A stretch of 61,977 nucleotides of DNA, counting the filler, from Babesia bigemina (lineage: Eukaryota), in the NCBI RefSeq assembly GCF_000981445.1. It is 7 parts of 7 records of this genome, joined end to end, with 100 filler letters (N's around TTAATTAATTAA, not from the genome) between each part and the next. Parts side by side here need not be neighbours in the genome. Positions count along the whole stretch, not along the records: positions 26,568 to 38,601 come from NW_012237239.1; positions 38,702 to 53,887 come from NW_012237240.1; 5 more parts are not named here. The stretch is one strand, 5' to 3'. A program made the position numbers and the translations under genes. The notes under the pieces are model-generated. The model was not told where the DNA came from. It made no database searches and saw only the letters and a program-made list of their open reading frames with translations. Positions 31,301-41,800 of the stretch are shown here, in pieces. How positions within the stretch are numbered: position 1 is the stretch's first letter; each line of letters starts with the position of its first letter.

Positions 31301-34000
31301 GTCAGTATAATTGAATACATCATCGATAAAGATTACGTAACTGGCGCGAAAGGTTTAATGCGTACTTTGAAAGGAATCAGTGTGAGCGTCAAACCAAACG
31401 AGCTTCCCAAGTTCGATGAGTCCCCAATCAATAATAGCCTTACAGCTGTAAACAAGAATTTCACTCTCGCCGACTTTAAAGACCTCTCATCGAATCTGAA
31501 AAAATACGTTAATAAAATTTTGCGATATGTCGAGCACCAGGCAATGACACCGATGCCTGACCCACAACCTGCGAAGACAAATACGCAATCCGACAATGTA
31601 AAGAACATTAACCAAAACACCAACAAATTACTCGAACATCTGGCCGGAGATTGTAACTCTAAAAAGTATAATTATGATCATACCTTCGCTGATTTACTCT
31701 CCCACCTCTCCTCCTCCCTCACCGCTCTCCACCCCTCCGCCTTCGCCAACCCCCGGCACCCGGAGCTGCTCGATGCGGTCAGAGCGGGGCTGCAGGGGCT
31801 TGTCAAGGAGATGGAGCGGGTGTATGTGAACGGGTATGATGGGCATGAGGAGAGTATTAATTTTGATAAATTAGTTATAGATGGAAGTAATAACGACAAA
31901 AAATTGACGGATGACGGCCGAAATTTGTCGAAGGTATTTTTGACCATCATGAACACTATTTACGACGATCTTCACAAATTGCATTTCGAGTGCGAGCATT
32001 ACTGGAAAGATAACAAACTTTGCGAAACACAAAAGGAGAAAGACAATCCGCTCGGTTTATACCTTAAACGATGTGGTTACACAGTCGCCAAGAAAGAGAC
32101 ATCCAAGGACGGCGAATCGCAATGTAAGACAGGTGTCACTGGTGGAGTAATATTCAGTAAGCTTGTAGCAACCACTGCAAGCACATCCGGTACGTACAAA
32201 CTTATTGACATCACCGAAAGTATTGCAACTCACCTCAACAACTACAACGACGTATGCCACCTATCCACATTAACATCCAAAAAGCATCCATGTTCCGTCT
32301 ACGAAATGCTCTGTTGGATGACCGGACTCCCACATAATCCAGCATACTTGTCGTTGCTTACTGACGCTCTACCGCCATTAATGCAGTCAGATAAGCCAAT
32401 GACGGATAGGGATGACGACATCGACATAGACTTCTATGACCACACGTCGCTATACATTGATACCTATCCAAAAAAGACAACTTACAGCGATATCGAAACG
32501 CTGATAGAATACCTGTGCTCTCGATCATATGATGTAATAACGTGTATCGCTGGCACTGGAGACGCTGAAACGGTCTATGGCAGTGACTTTTGCAACAACG
32601 CCTTAAGATTGCATTATCCGCAAAACGGTAGCGATTGTCTTGACATGTTGCTCGACATCCTGCGTAGATTGTTCTTACCGCTTAAATTCTTGCAGCGGCA
32701 GTGCGGCGTAAGCGTATTGTACAATGGTTGGCGCCAATGTTACTACGGTAGAGACGTCTCCACAGCCAACTGGCCGTGCAAAGAGCATCCAAGGTCAGAA
32801 CCTAGGTGCGAGTCGAATTGTCAACCAAAGTGCGAACCAAATTGCCAAGCAAAATCACCACTAATGAGCTACCTAAACGACTGTCTCCCGGGTCATTTAC
32901 CGCATCAGCTGAGCAAAATCGGTTGCAAACTTGAGTGCTCCACGTGCAGTGGTAGCAAACCAGGAATGCCTTGCTTGACTCCCCTAGGTTTCAAAGGTTT
33001 TTCAGGAAGCAAACGTGCAGGTAAAGACATATGTGACGTCCTTGATAAATGGTTCAATATACACCATTTCAAAGACATATTCTGCCTCAATACAAAGACG
33101 CCTTCATCGTTACCAGAACACTTCGGTTTCGCTTTGTCTCTTGCTAAGAACCTTAATGATAGCTCCACGACGCAAATCATTAGCATGGAAACAGTCGATG
33201 ATAAGTTCCGAGGAGCCATGAAAAGTGTGTCTATGAAACTATATTCCGATACATCCAAACTTACGAAAGCTGTGACAAACGCATATGGCGCAACGTCAAT
33301 TGGACATTCCGATTGCAGACAGCATCTCATGAACCTTACACGTGATGGAATATGCGCGGATGCAGGAGTGTACTGCGCTCCGTTCCTCTACTCACTATGC
33401 AGCGATTACTGTACCTACCGCCGTAGAAAGCATGCTGGCACATACCTTTCCTGGGCAGTGTACCTACCATGGAACCTATGGAACTATCTAAGAAGTCTTT
33501 ACGACGAATTCGGTGATATTGTATGCAAGAACTGGGGATGCCGGTCGTGTTTGAACAGCGATACCTGCAAGCCTGGAGAGCATGGAATTTTGGACAACTC
33601 GTGCAAATGTTCCTCCGTTGTAAACTGCGGAGGCGTGTCGCCTACGCTTTATAAATACGGCTTCGTATTCGGCAACGCTGCAAATCTGAAGGTACACAAA
33701 AACACATGTTTCCATTTGCGTACTCAATTAATGAATGTTTTAAAATCATCATACTTCACTGACCTCTTCAACGAGTGCGACAACTTCCTTTGGATCATCA
33801 GACAACCCTTCATCTGGCTCAACGTCGCCCTCTGGCTCCTCTCTCTGCTCTACCTCCTCTACATCATGGTCATCCGCCTCGACCTGCTCCACATCAAATC
33901 GCATTTACATAGTCCCTCGAGTCATAGGATCGCTGCTCAATCACTACTCGCCGCGGCACGTGTTAACAAGCTTAACAGAGTGTTTTATCTACAACCATAA
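28298..34000 (+). CDS. ves1: VESA/ves-like variant surface antigen G6, ~1900 aa (no ATG until 28874)
   Basis: Begins ESIDWLIQVRYGNG..GLTKLSQALKKLIEEAI (ves-type N-terminal motif), then a Cys/Lys-rich stretch, GIVYSDLDRLCD, a Cys-rich domain, TM and the HIKSHLHSPSS tail. Confidence 0.92.
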   Translation: MSPFTSLLTESIDWLIQVRYGNGDGGDGLTKLSQALKKLIEEAIEKAKKSLTDEKSKLECPVKYKGNESTCQYFQKKVDELKKNFNKSQNNSNNDEKYYQKFIDDCKNSHTRRYDDATKKALEDIKEREKQLEKLKSKLSIFTEKNKSDDCKKLLDNLCDGLETFLGFNSASKGYDGSGIVYSDLDRLCDAVMGFLSGVLGAVKDDPSVTTYYKNMDKTLKDIKQNMHKSGGLSAAVEAVSTALGEWDREVTEKTSALKEQLRILNVDRFNDFNNALSVLNNCNAAQVADQLQVCITEATAMLTDFNFTETYYYNLDKALRDKLKDPVNNIKVQVKSFVEAATNKELRNVLIFSEQELERLGTKMKDNAEVCIRVMESKINSNFEAQIKTPIRDVNDKLKKVYEDLAKWKMKARRVLDKAIEKCNIIAIMVDPQNSDIHNKANAMKSTAEKLRDAAKESTDAVTKQVAAALEYVVQLDSAVKMDLDRVKGQIQMALRKYVKEELLKDIKTRVETIEGKRANEALRGIKTTVENYAKKFHHNGADGFESIIKNWIDDIIKVDPVKGWINKYVEYSNTRGLKEIYKRDIDGDNTKVCEEIRVKIEEALQTAGIISQTSIAAKGAHLDGTIKGCVQAVQFGCNTFASKLGEKLKGGEISTRGLSNKIEMQLTSIAHATTNLYNSVDSILHQLVGVAKKTGEAIQSFAVDESNMSEDVDSALRVANQLGIDLRTATEPTDPSVPVEAILPSNHGYDTYKFDSKILGILDTDIGETDGSDGKVKILGEKYLNYALYIQQDASTLRALKGRNLTGVAKEGKLPDNIGMIERQGLQKLKDTGINKILKKIDNPFETFFHVIKKQLTALTAMVNETNMNQSDSTDNKGIKILLEELKDMLTIEDAKKRYNLTSGLANIQHDIDKLLGTVIEKHDSTNNHNNLKNIVANADTFYTTVIEAESIMAINQITTSCTHEFKLTKEAIQHNAKTRYNNKMSKILKEMRRSLNNNVSIIEYIIDKDYVTGAKGLMRTLKGISVSVKPNELPKFDESPINNSLTAVNKNFTLADFKDLSSNLKKYVNKILRYVEHQAMTPMPDPQPAKTNTQSDNVKNINQNTNKLLEHLAGDCNSKKYNYDHTFADLLSHLSSSLTALHPSAFANPRHPELLDAVRAGLQGLVKEMERVYVNGYDGHEESINFDKLVIDGSNNDKKLTDDGRNLSKVFLTIMNTIYDDLHKLHFECEHYWKDNKLCETQKEKDNPLGLYLKRCGYTVAKKETSKDGESQCKTGVTGGVIFSKLVATTASTSGTYKLIDITESIATHLNNYNDVCHLSTLTSKKHPCSVYEMLCWMTGLPHNPAYLSLLTDALPPLMQSDKPMTDRDDDIDIDFYDHTSLYIDTYPKKTTYSDIETLIEYLCSRSYDVITCIAGTGDAETVYGSDFCNNALRLHYPQNGSDCLDMLLDILRRLFLPLKFLQRQCGVSVLYNGWRQCYYGRDVSTANWPCKEHPRSEPRCESNCQPKCEPNCQAKSPLMSYLNDCLPGHLPHQLSKIGCKLECSTCSGSKPGMPCLTPLGFKGFSGSKRAGKDICDVLDKWFNIHHFKDIFCLNTKTPSSLPEHFGFALSLAKNLNDSSTTQIISMETVDDKFRGAMKSVSMKLYSDTSKLTKAVTNAYGATSIGHSDCRQHLMNLTRDGICADAGVYCAPFLYSLCSDYCTYRRRKHAGTYLSWAVYLPWNLWNYLRSLYDEFGDIVCKNWGCRSCLNSDTCKPGEHGILDNSCKCSSVVNCGGVSPTLYKYGFVFGNAANLKVHKNTCFHLRTQLMNVLKSSYFTDLFNECDNFLWIIRQPFIWLNVALWLLSLLYLLYIMVIRLDLLHIKSHLHSPSSHRIAAQSLLAAARVNKLNRVFYLQP

Positions 34001-34120
34001 TCGTACTCACGTGTTTACTGTCTACACTCACCTAGCATATCACCTACTCACCTATACAACTAATTGTTGTCTAATGTTTTGTGTAACTCATTGATCGTTG
34101 TATGTGATTGTATAATAGTT
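34001..34120 (+). other. Conserved 3' trailer (TCGTACTCACGTGTTTACT...CACTCACCTAGCA...)
   Basis: The same block follows the stops of G2, G4, G6, G8, G9 and G10; a variant follows G3 and G11. Confidence 0.75.
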
Positions 34121-34440
34121 AACTAAAGTGTTGACCAAGATGCTGCCCAAAGTGTTGACCAAGATGCTGACCAATGCCATGACCAATGCCATGACCAACG
34201 TGCTGACCAATGCCATGACCAACGTGCTGACCAAGGTGCTGACCAGAGTGCTGACCAATGCCATGACCAATGTGCTGACCAAGCACCTGACCAATGCCAT
34301 GACCAATGTGCTGACCAATGCCATGACCAGAGTGGTGACCAAAGTGCTGACCAAAGTGATGACCTATGTGCTGACCAAGGTGCTGACCAAGTTGATGGTC
34401 ACGGCAGCGATGTCTTGGTCACGGCAGCGATGACAGTGGT
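34121..34440. repeat. 12-bp repeat (GTGCTGACCAAG-like) followed by a 20-bp repeat remnant
   Basis: TGACCAA every 12 nt to ~34395, then two CACGGCAGCGATG copies. Confidence 0.93.
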
Positions 34441-34459
34441 GGGCTAAGTGGTATTTATC

Positions 34460-34692
34460 ATCCACTCTACATCGCCCCTTAACCCACTCTACATCGCTCC
34501 TTTATCCACTCTACATCGCTCCTTAACCCACTCTACATCGCTCCTTTATCCACTCTACATCGCTCCCTAACGCACTTTACATCGCCCCTTAACCCACTCC
34601 ACATCGCCCCTTATCCACTCTTCATCGCCCCTTAACCCACTCTACATCGCCCCTTAACCCACTCTACATCGCCCTTTTACCCACTCTACATC
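34460..34692. repeat. 22-bp satellite (short, ~10 units)
   Basis: C-rich unit upstream of G7. Confidence 0.95.
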
Positions 34693-34975
34693 CCTCAAAC
34701 TACTTCGCCATAATACCGCTATGACCTCCATTAACCATCCTAATAACTTGTGCCTTGTCGCCCTTCACTTCCCCTCTTCCACCTCTTGCCACTGCCCTGA
34801 CCATGTGCCGCCTAGGGAGCTTGACAAGAAATTTGACAAAATTTAAAACCCTAAAAACACCTTAAATAACAACCCTACTAACATCCTTACTAACCTTTGC
34901 ACCGGCCTCGAAAAATTCCTCGGCTTCAACTCTGACTCCAAAGGCTACGATGGCCAGGGCATTGTCTACTCTGAC

Positions 34976-37900
34976 TTGGATAGGCTTTGTGACGCGGTGA
35001 TGGGATTTTTGTATCAGGTGCTTAAGGATGTCAGCGAGAAACAGCCTTACAGTGTGGGTAAAGAAACACTAAAAAATCTCGTAAGTAACGTAATTAACAA
35101 ACATTTTTGCTCAGGGCACGAGGGCTTTAAAACGCTTTTCACCGTGTTGCCTGATCGCATCGCGGCGTATAACAGGGAAGTGCAGGAGGGGAATGAGAAA
35201 GTGAAGAGGCCGATTGATAAGCTGAAAAATGAGATGAAAGAGCTGGAAAAACAGGTGAGTACAATTTTAAATGATAATTCTGCGCAGGCAACTGACTTCA
35301 CTGGGGAGAAGGAGCGAGTGGGCGAGCAGCTGCAGAAGTGTAAGCAGTATGCTAAGTATTTTAACGACGTTTTCGACTTAGACAATTTGTATAATAGTCA
35401 TATGAAAACATCAATTAATGATCTTCATTCTAAATTGCGTGATAGTGTTCTTGTATGTACCAAGACAGTAAAACATGAGAGTGAGAGGCTTGACAAGTTG
35501 TGGAATAAAGAATGGACGGACTTTAGAAGTATGAAGCGAACGGTGAGACTGACCATGGAGAAGCTTAAAACAAGCGTTAATGATGCGATTAGAGAGAAAG
35601 TTGGCAAACTTGTCAACGATTTGAGAGATTTGGTTGCAGGTATTAAACGTACGCTTGATAAAATATATTTCGATTTAGGTAACTATGTTGCAGATTTGCG
35701 ACAGTGGATTAGTACTGCGGAGGGGACTATGGGAACTGCTTTAGGGAAAGTTGGCGAAATAGTGGAGACTGTGGGAACTGGTGGCCACAAGGCAAAAAAG
35801 CAGCCTGTTGTGGAAGCCGCTAATGCATTGAAAGTCAAAGCAGATGATCTTCGTAGCAGGGCGTACAAGGCTAAGGAGCAGGTTGAGACGTTAGTCGCGC
35901 AGGCGTTAGGGGCAGTGAAAACGATGGATGATGCGCTGAGGAAGAATTTGAAAGACGTGAGGGATGGGATTAAAGGAGAGTTGAATAACTATGTCAGGGG
36001 TGGTATGGCGGAGCAGTTGCAATTAAATGTCGACGAGCTAGTTAAATCCATTTATGATAAGAATGGAGATAAGGGCCATTTATACGACGTGGAAAAAAAA
36101 CTGAAAGAGTATGCTCAGAAGTTCGGAGAGAATGGAGAACAGGGATTTAAGAAGATCGTGAACGATTGGATTGATGACATCTTGAAGAAAGATGGCGTGG
36201 TGAATCAAAGGCTTAGTGAGTATATTACGAAAAACAAATCTCATAGTTATTTTGTGACTAGTACATACAAAGAGCCAACATCCTTGCATGGGGCAATAAC
36301 GGAGGCTATTATGCGAAAGCTAGAGCGGGAGGTTGAGGCAGCCGTTCAAGTGGTTGCAAGTGATATGCAAACTGACAACGGCATTCAGAGGAACATTGAA
36401 GCTGTCAAAAACTGTGTGTATACATTCATAATAGGGCTGGATGGGAAGTTGAGAATTGGCAAATTAGAAGTTAACTTTGTCAAAAAAGTTGTCGAGGAGG
36501 TAGAAAATACATTAGCGAAAAATACCTCAAAGTCAAGTGGACTATATTACAGCTTAAATTTGCAGATTGCTGTGGAAGCCATTCTAGTTGCACTGTATGC
36601 CGCAGCCAGACAAGTGTACGAAGAGCTTGAATGGTTCACATCCGACGATCATTCCGATTACAATTTCGGCGAAGGAGTGGAAAACGCTATAAAAGACATT
36701 CAGGCACTCGGCGGAAAAATAAAAAGTGCGCTAAGCGACCCTGCGCTATCTAGCGGTCCCAGTACTCTCGGAGACAATGTTATGGTAGAAATCAATCGAA
36801 AGCTAAATGACAAGATTGGGAATGATGAAAAAGGATCACCTTCAAATAGAGTAACACTTCCTACAGATACGTTCAATGGTTATCTAAACAGCGTTAACAC
36901 GACTGGCCTTAGGGGATCAGATGCGGCGCTACAAGGAAATCCAGGAGAAGGGAAACTTCCAGTAGCCATAAAGCAAATTGAGCAAACGATTAATCATAAC
37001 GAAACATATTTACAACATGTCGTGAAAGATACCAGTAATAGTGGCGATGTCAAATCCGATCTTAAGTTTTACACCGACACCTTTGAAAAATTGTTTGACA
37101 CCGTGAAGCGCGCACTAAACGTCCTCTGCGAAGCCGTAGAGAAAATCGCCGGGAAGGGAGATGACGCAGAGGATGGTACCCTTAAACACGTCCTAGAAAC
37201 ATTTTGCGATCAGGCCGTTAAAGGTATTAATGCTAATCAACTAACGAAAATATTAAACGATCTTACCCACCTTATGGGCAGAGATGTGGTAACTGTCATC
37301 GAAGCCGCCAATAGTTTCATCACTAAGGAAGCGTCGCAATTTGAAGGACAATGCGTCAATGCACTTTATGAACACGTGAATTCTCAAATAAAAGATGCCA
37401 CCTCCACCCTCACCACCGCCGCCCGCCGCAACTACGTCACCTCCATCAAATCCCTCCTCACCGCGTTCGCGGACAAGGTCAGCCAGGAGTTGGCGGGGTT
37501 GCCGGCGGAGATTGATGCGGATCTGAGGATCGGGTTCAAGGGGTTGATGGGACAAATTGGTGGTGATAATAACAGTAATATGGAGTTACTTAAGAGTCAA
37601 AAGGATGATAGTACAGCGTCAAAATTATCTTACGTTTTCAGAGTGTTCTACGGCTCATTGCAGTTGTATCTCGAGAAAGAAATTAAAAGAGTTCATGACG
37701 AGGAGAACAAAAAGAAAAATCCTGTGCCTCCAGATGGAGAAAGTATGTACATTAGTAGAGTCAAAAGTATTTTCAACGCACTTCAAGATTTACTCAACCA
37801 CATCACCAAGCAGAAACGGTATGACTATCAGGTACCGCAAAAACTAGACGAGCTAGAATCAGCGGTATCTCAGCTGAAACCTGACGGATTTGAAAACACG

Positions 37901-38601
37901 AATACACCGGTACTTGATGGTTTTGTTAAGGGGCTGGGCAAATTTATTGACGAGTTGAGAAATGTGTACATCTCGAGGTATGACAGTCAGCGTTTTGAGG
38001 GTGATGTGGTACTTGGTAAATACGAAATTAGCACCTCAGGAAACAAGCAAATTTTCGAATCCACTGACTACGGTAGGAAGTGTTCGAAGGTATTTTTGAC
38101 TTCACTAGAGATACTGACTCATGACATTGGGCAGTTAACAGCGAAGTGTGGTACGAAAGGTACTTGTGTAACCAAACTAATAAATTTGGAAGTTACTAAT
38201 AACCTCATGAATCCACTTGGCGTTTTTCTGCGTGGGTGTGGTTTTGTGGTTTCCAAATTGCGGGATTCTCATGAAGGCGAGTTGAGGAACGAGGCGCGGT
38301 TCACGGGCGCGCAAATACAATCGACGCTACTTAATTCTGCCATTAAAGAAGCTGGGAAAATCGAAACACTCAGGACATGGAAAGAGGAGAAGAATAGAAA
38401 GGTTACCGCTAGTGCTTCACAACAGGGCACAGTCAACATTATTCTACTGGACGTTATCCATTTCCTCTTTGGCAAACTTGAAAGCTACTGGAGAGTATGT
38501 CACTACTACATCCCTTCACATCCGAAAACGCCGTCCAACGTATATCAAATGCTTCAGTGGCTCGACGGCCTGTGGCTCAATCCAGCACTCACTTCCGTTT
38601 A
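34976..38601 (+). CDS. ves1: ves-like gene G7, 3' end lost in a gap (leader ATG at 34721 has TAA at 34844-34846; first downstream ATG at 35000)
   Basis: DRLCDAVMGFLYQVLKDV...; open for >1200 codons up to VCHYYIPSHPKTPSNVYQMLQWL at the gap. Confidence 0.87.
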
Positions 38602-38701
38602 NNNNNNNNNNNNNNNNNNNNNNNNNNNNNNNNNNNNNNNNNNNNTTAATTAATTAANNNNNNNNNNNNNNNNNNNNNNNNNNNNNNNNNNNNNNNNNNN
38701 N
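38602..38701. other. Assembly gap with linker
   Basis: N run with TTAATTAATTAA. Confidence 0.98.
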
Positions 38702-38806
38702 TCACATACAATGATTAATTAGTGATACTACAGATTAAAGCACAATTCATAAGTTAGGTGAGTAGGTGATGCTAGGTGAGTGTAGATAGTAAACACGTGA
38801 GTACGA

Positions 38807-41800
38807 TTATGGTTGCAGATAAAACACCCTGTTAAGCTTGTTAACACGTCCAGCAGCGAGTAGTGATTGAGCGGCGATACGATGTGACGAGGGACTATGT
38901 AGATGCGATTTGATGTGGAGCAGGTCGAGGCGGACGACCATGATGTGGAGGAGGTAGAGGAGAGAGAGAAGCCAGAGGGTGAGGACAAGGTAGGAGAAGG
39001 GTTGTCTGATGATCCACAGGAAATTGTCGCACTCTTCAAACAGCTTCTCGAAATATTTCGAATTGAGCACATTCTTCAACTGACTACAGAAATCGGAACA
39101 CTTCTTCGGCGCATTTTTGTCATTCAACGTCGACGCTTCACCAAAGACGAAACCATACTGGTAGAGCGTTGGTGCGACACCTTTGCAGTCGACGATGGAA
39201 AGACATTGGCATTTGTTATTTGGCTTATCTTCATCCACAACACCATGCCCCCCCTTCTTGCACTTGTCACCGCGGAGACATCCACGGCAGCCCCAGTCCT
39301 GGCAGTTGATGGAGCAGAAAGCGTTGTAGAGATTGTTGAGCAGATCCCAGAATGTCCAGGGGAGGTAGATGGCCCACGAGAGGTAGAGGTGGGCGTGGTT
39401 GTAGGCAATTACTTCATAAGAATAATTACACAGAGATGAAACATAGGATGCGCAGTTAATTCTGTCTTCACCTTGCTTACATATTCCATTAATCGTAAGG
39501 TTCCGAAGATGGTAGCTTTCACATTGAGAATGCCTCACAGCGTCGGAACCGTATGCATCAGCGATGGATTTGGTGAGCTCGTATGGATTCTTATAAAGGT
39601 CGACAGATTGCGCTGCGATGGCCGACTCAAAAGCATACGAGAATGTGTCACTCCGAACATATAAGGGCTTATTAGTGTTGATGTACTGCGCAAAGGACAA
39701 CGCAAATCCGAAATGCTCAGGTAAAGTGGTGGGCGGCTTTGGTATAAGAGTGAATAAGCATGAAATATCGACATTATCTAAAAACTTGGTTAGCACTTTG
39801 CATACGTCCCTGCCTTTCTTCGTACTACCGGAAAAACCGCGGAAGCCAAGTGGAGTTAGACATGGCATTCCTTTTTTAGAAGTGGACGGACAGGTAGCGC
39901 ACTCATATTTGCAACCGATTTTGGTTAGGTGATGAGGTAAGTGACCTGGCAGACAATCGTTCAAATAGGACATTAAAGGAGAGGTTGGTTGGCACTTTAC
40001 TTTGCTGTTTGCCTGGCACGTTGGTTGGCATTTTGGTTGCGTGTTAGGTTGATCCGTTGCTTTCTCACTTGAGTGCTCCTTGCACGGCCATTTGGCGGGA
40101 GCTGTATTCATACCGTATTCGCAGTCGTACCAACCGTGATGTTCAGTCTTGAGACCACATTGTGTTTTTAAGAAGCTCAATGTTGGTAACAATCTGCGAA
40201 GAATGTCCAGGAACATGTCGAGACAATCCTGCCCGGAAGCCGGGTACTGGAACTGCATGGAGTTGTTTGAGTAGTCAACAGCGTACATTGTGAATTCGTC
40301 GCCATGTCCGGCAATAGTGCAGAGAATGTCATGGGATGTTAAACATATATGCGTCACCACTGATCGCATGTTTTCGTACGATACCTTTCTTGGGTATGCA
40401 TCCAACGATGTATCCTCCGCCTCAACCAACGAAATGGTAGGCCCGTCAACAATATCTGTATCCATCTCTGCGTCTGATTTCTTCGATATGTCGCTCTCTT
40501 TTTTGTTCACTTTGTTGATGTTATCTATTACATCGAGGATAGTCACGTCTCTCATAGACGTTTGTACTTGGCGGTGTGGGAGACCGGTGAGCCATACAAG
40601 CATTTCGTAGATGTTGCACGGTGTTTTTGGTTTTGAGATGTGATTGAGATGGCAGACATCGTAATATTCGCCAAGGTGTTTGAACAGCTTATCCAGTGCC
40701 CCGTCTGTATTGTTCTCTGTTTCGTAAATTCCTTTGTCCGACGACTGTGAATTACCACTCTTAAGCATAGCTCTGAGTACATGTAAACCCTTGAAGTCGT
40801 CATTATTCTTCAACTCACCATCCTGCTTGTCGAACTCGGACACCCTAAAGCCACGCCCCTTAAACCAGTGGCCCAGATGATTTTTAATTTTCTCCTTTCT
40901 CGATGTCTCATCATATAGCCGAATGCGATTTTCGTATCTTTTACCACCGGTTTTACACGCTTGTCGCAACTCCGCAAAGTTTTCCATCAATGTCTCCAAT
41001 GTGGTCAAAAACACCTTCGACAAATTTCTGCCGTTATCTGTCAATCCATCTAGTTTACCATCTTTAAAAGTGACTAAATTAATCATATCAACAGTCTCCC
41101 CTCCATCATACCTACTCACATACCCCTTCCCCAACTCTCCCACGAATCCCAGCATCCCATCCCGCAGCGCCCTGAGCACGGGCCGTCCTGCGTCCGGCAG
41201 CGCTTGGGGGTCGAGGGCGGAGGAAAGAGAGGAGAGGGTGGAGAGGCGGAGGGAGACGGGGTGGCTGAAGTGGGCGTGGAGATTTAGTGCTGATGCGAAG
41301 TTTTCGATGTGTTTTTCGAAGTTTTCGAGTTGATTGAAATTGTTGTCAAGTTTCTGTAAATCGGCCCTAGCGTAAATGGCGATGCATTTGAACAGTGAGT
41401 ACGCCTTGGCAGACAGTCCGGTGAGAGTCTTGACGTTGTTTGCTTCTTTGATAGGGTTTATTTCATTTTTCATTTTACTTATTAAGCCTTTTACGCCGCT
41501 TTGCAAACTTTCGTCAATTTTCTCATTAATTGTAGTAATGTTGGCCGTTACCCTTGAATCCATCACTGTAAACATTTCTTTGATTTTTGTATAATACTCT
41601 TGCTGCGCCTTCCCTTGAATATTCGTTGTTTTCACCCTAACTTGCTCTTCGACGTATGCTTTAAGATTGGTAATGGTTTCGTGGGCCCACTTTTGCATAA
41701 CCTTGTCGTAAAATTTCTTTGCCTTTTCGACAATTGTTTTTAGATTATAATCATATTTCTCCTCTATACCAGTACCAAGAATCAAAGTTACGTCATTTCT

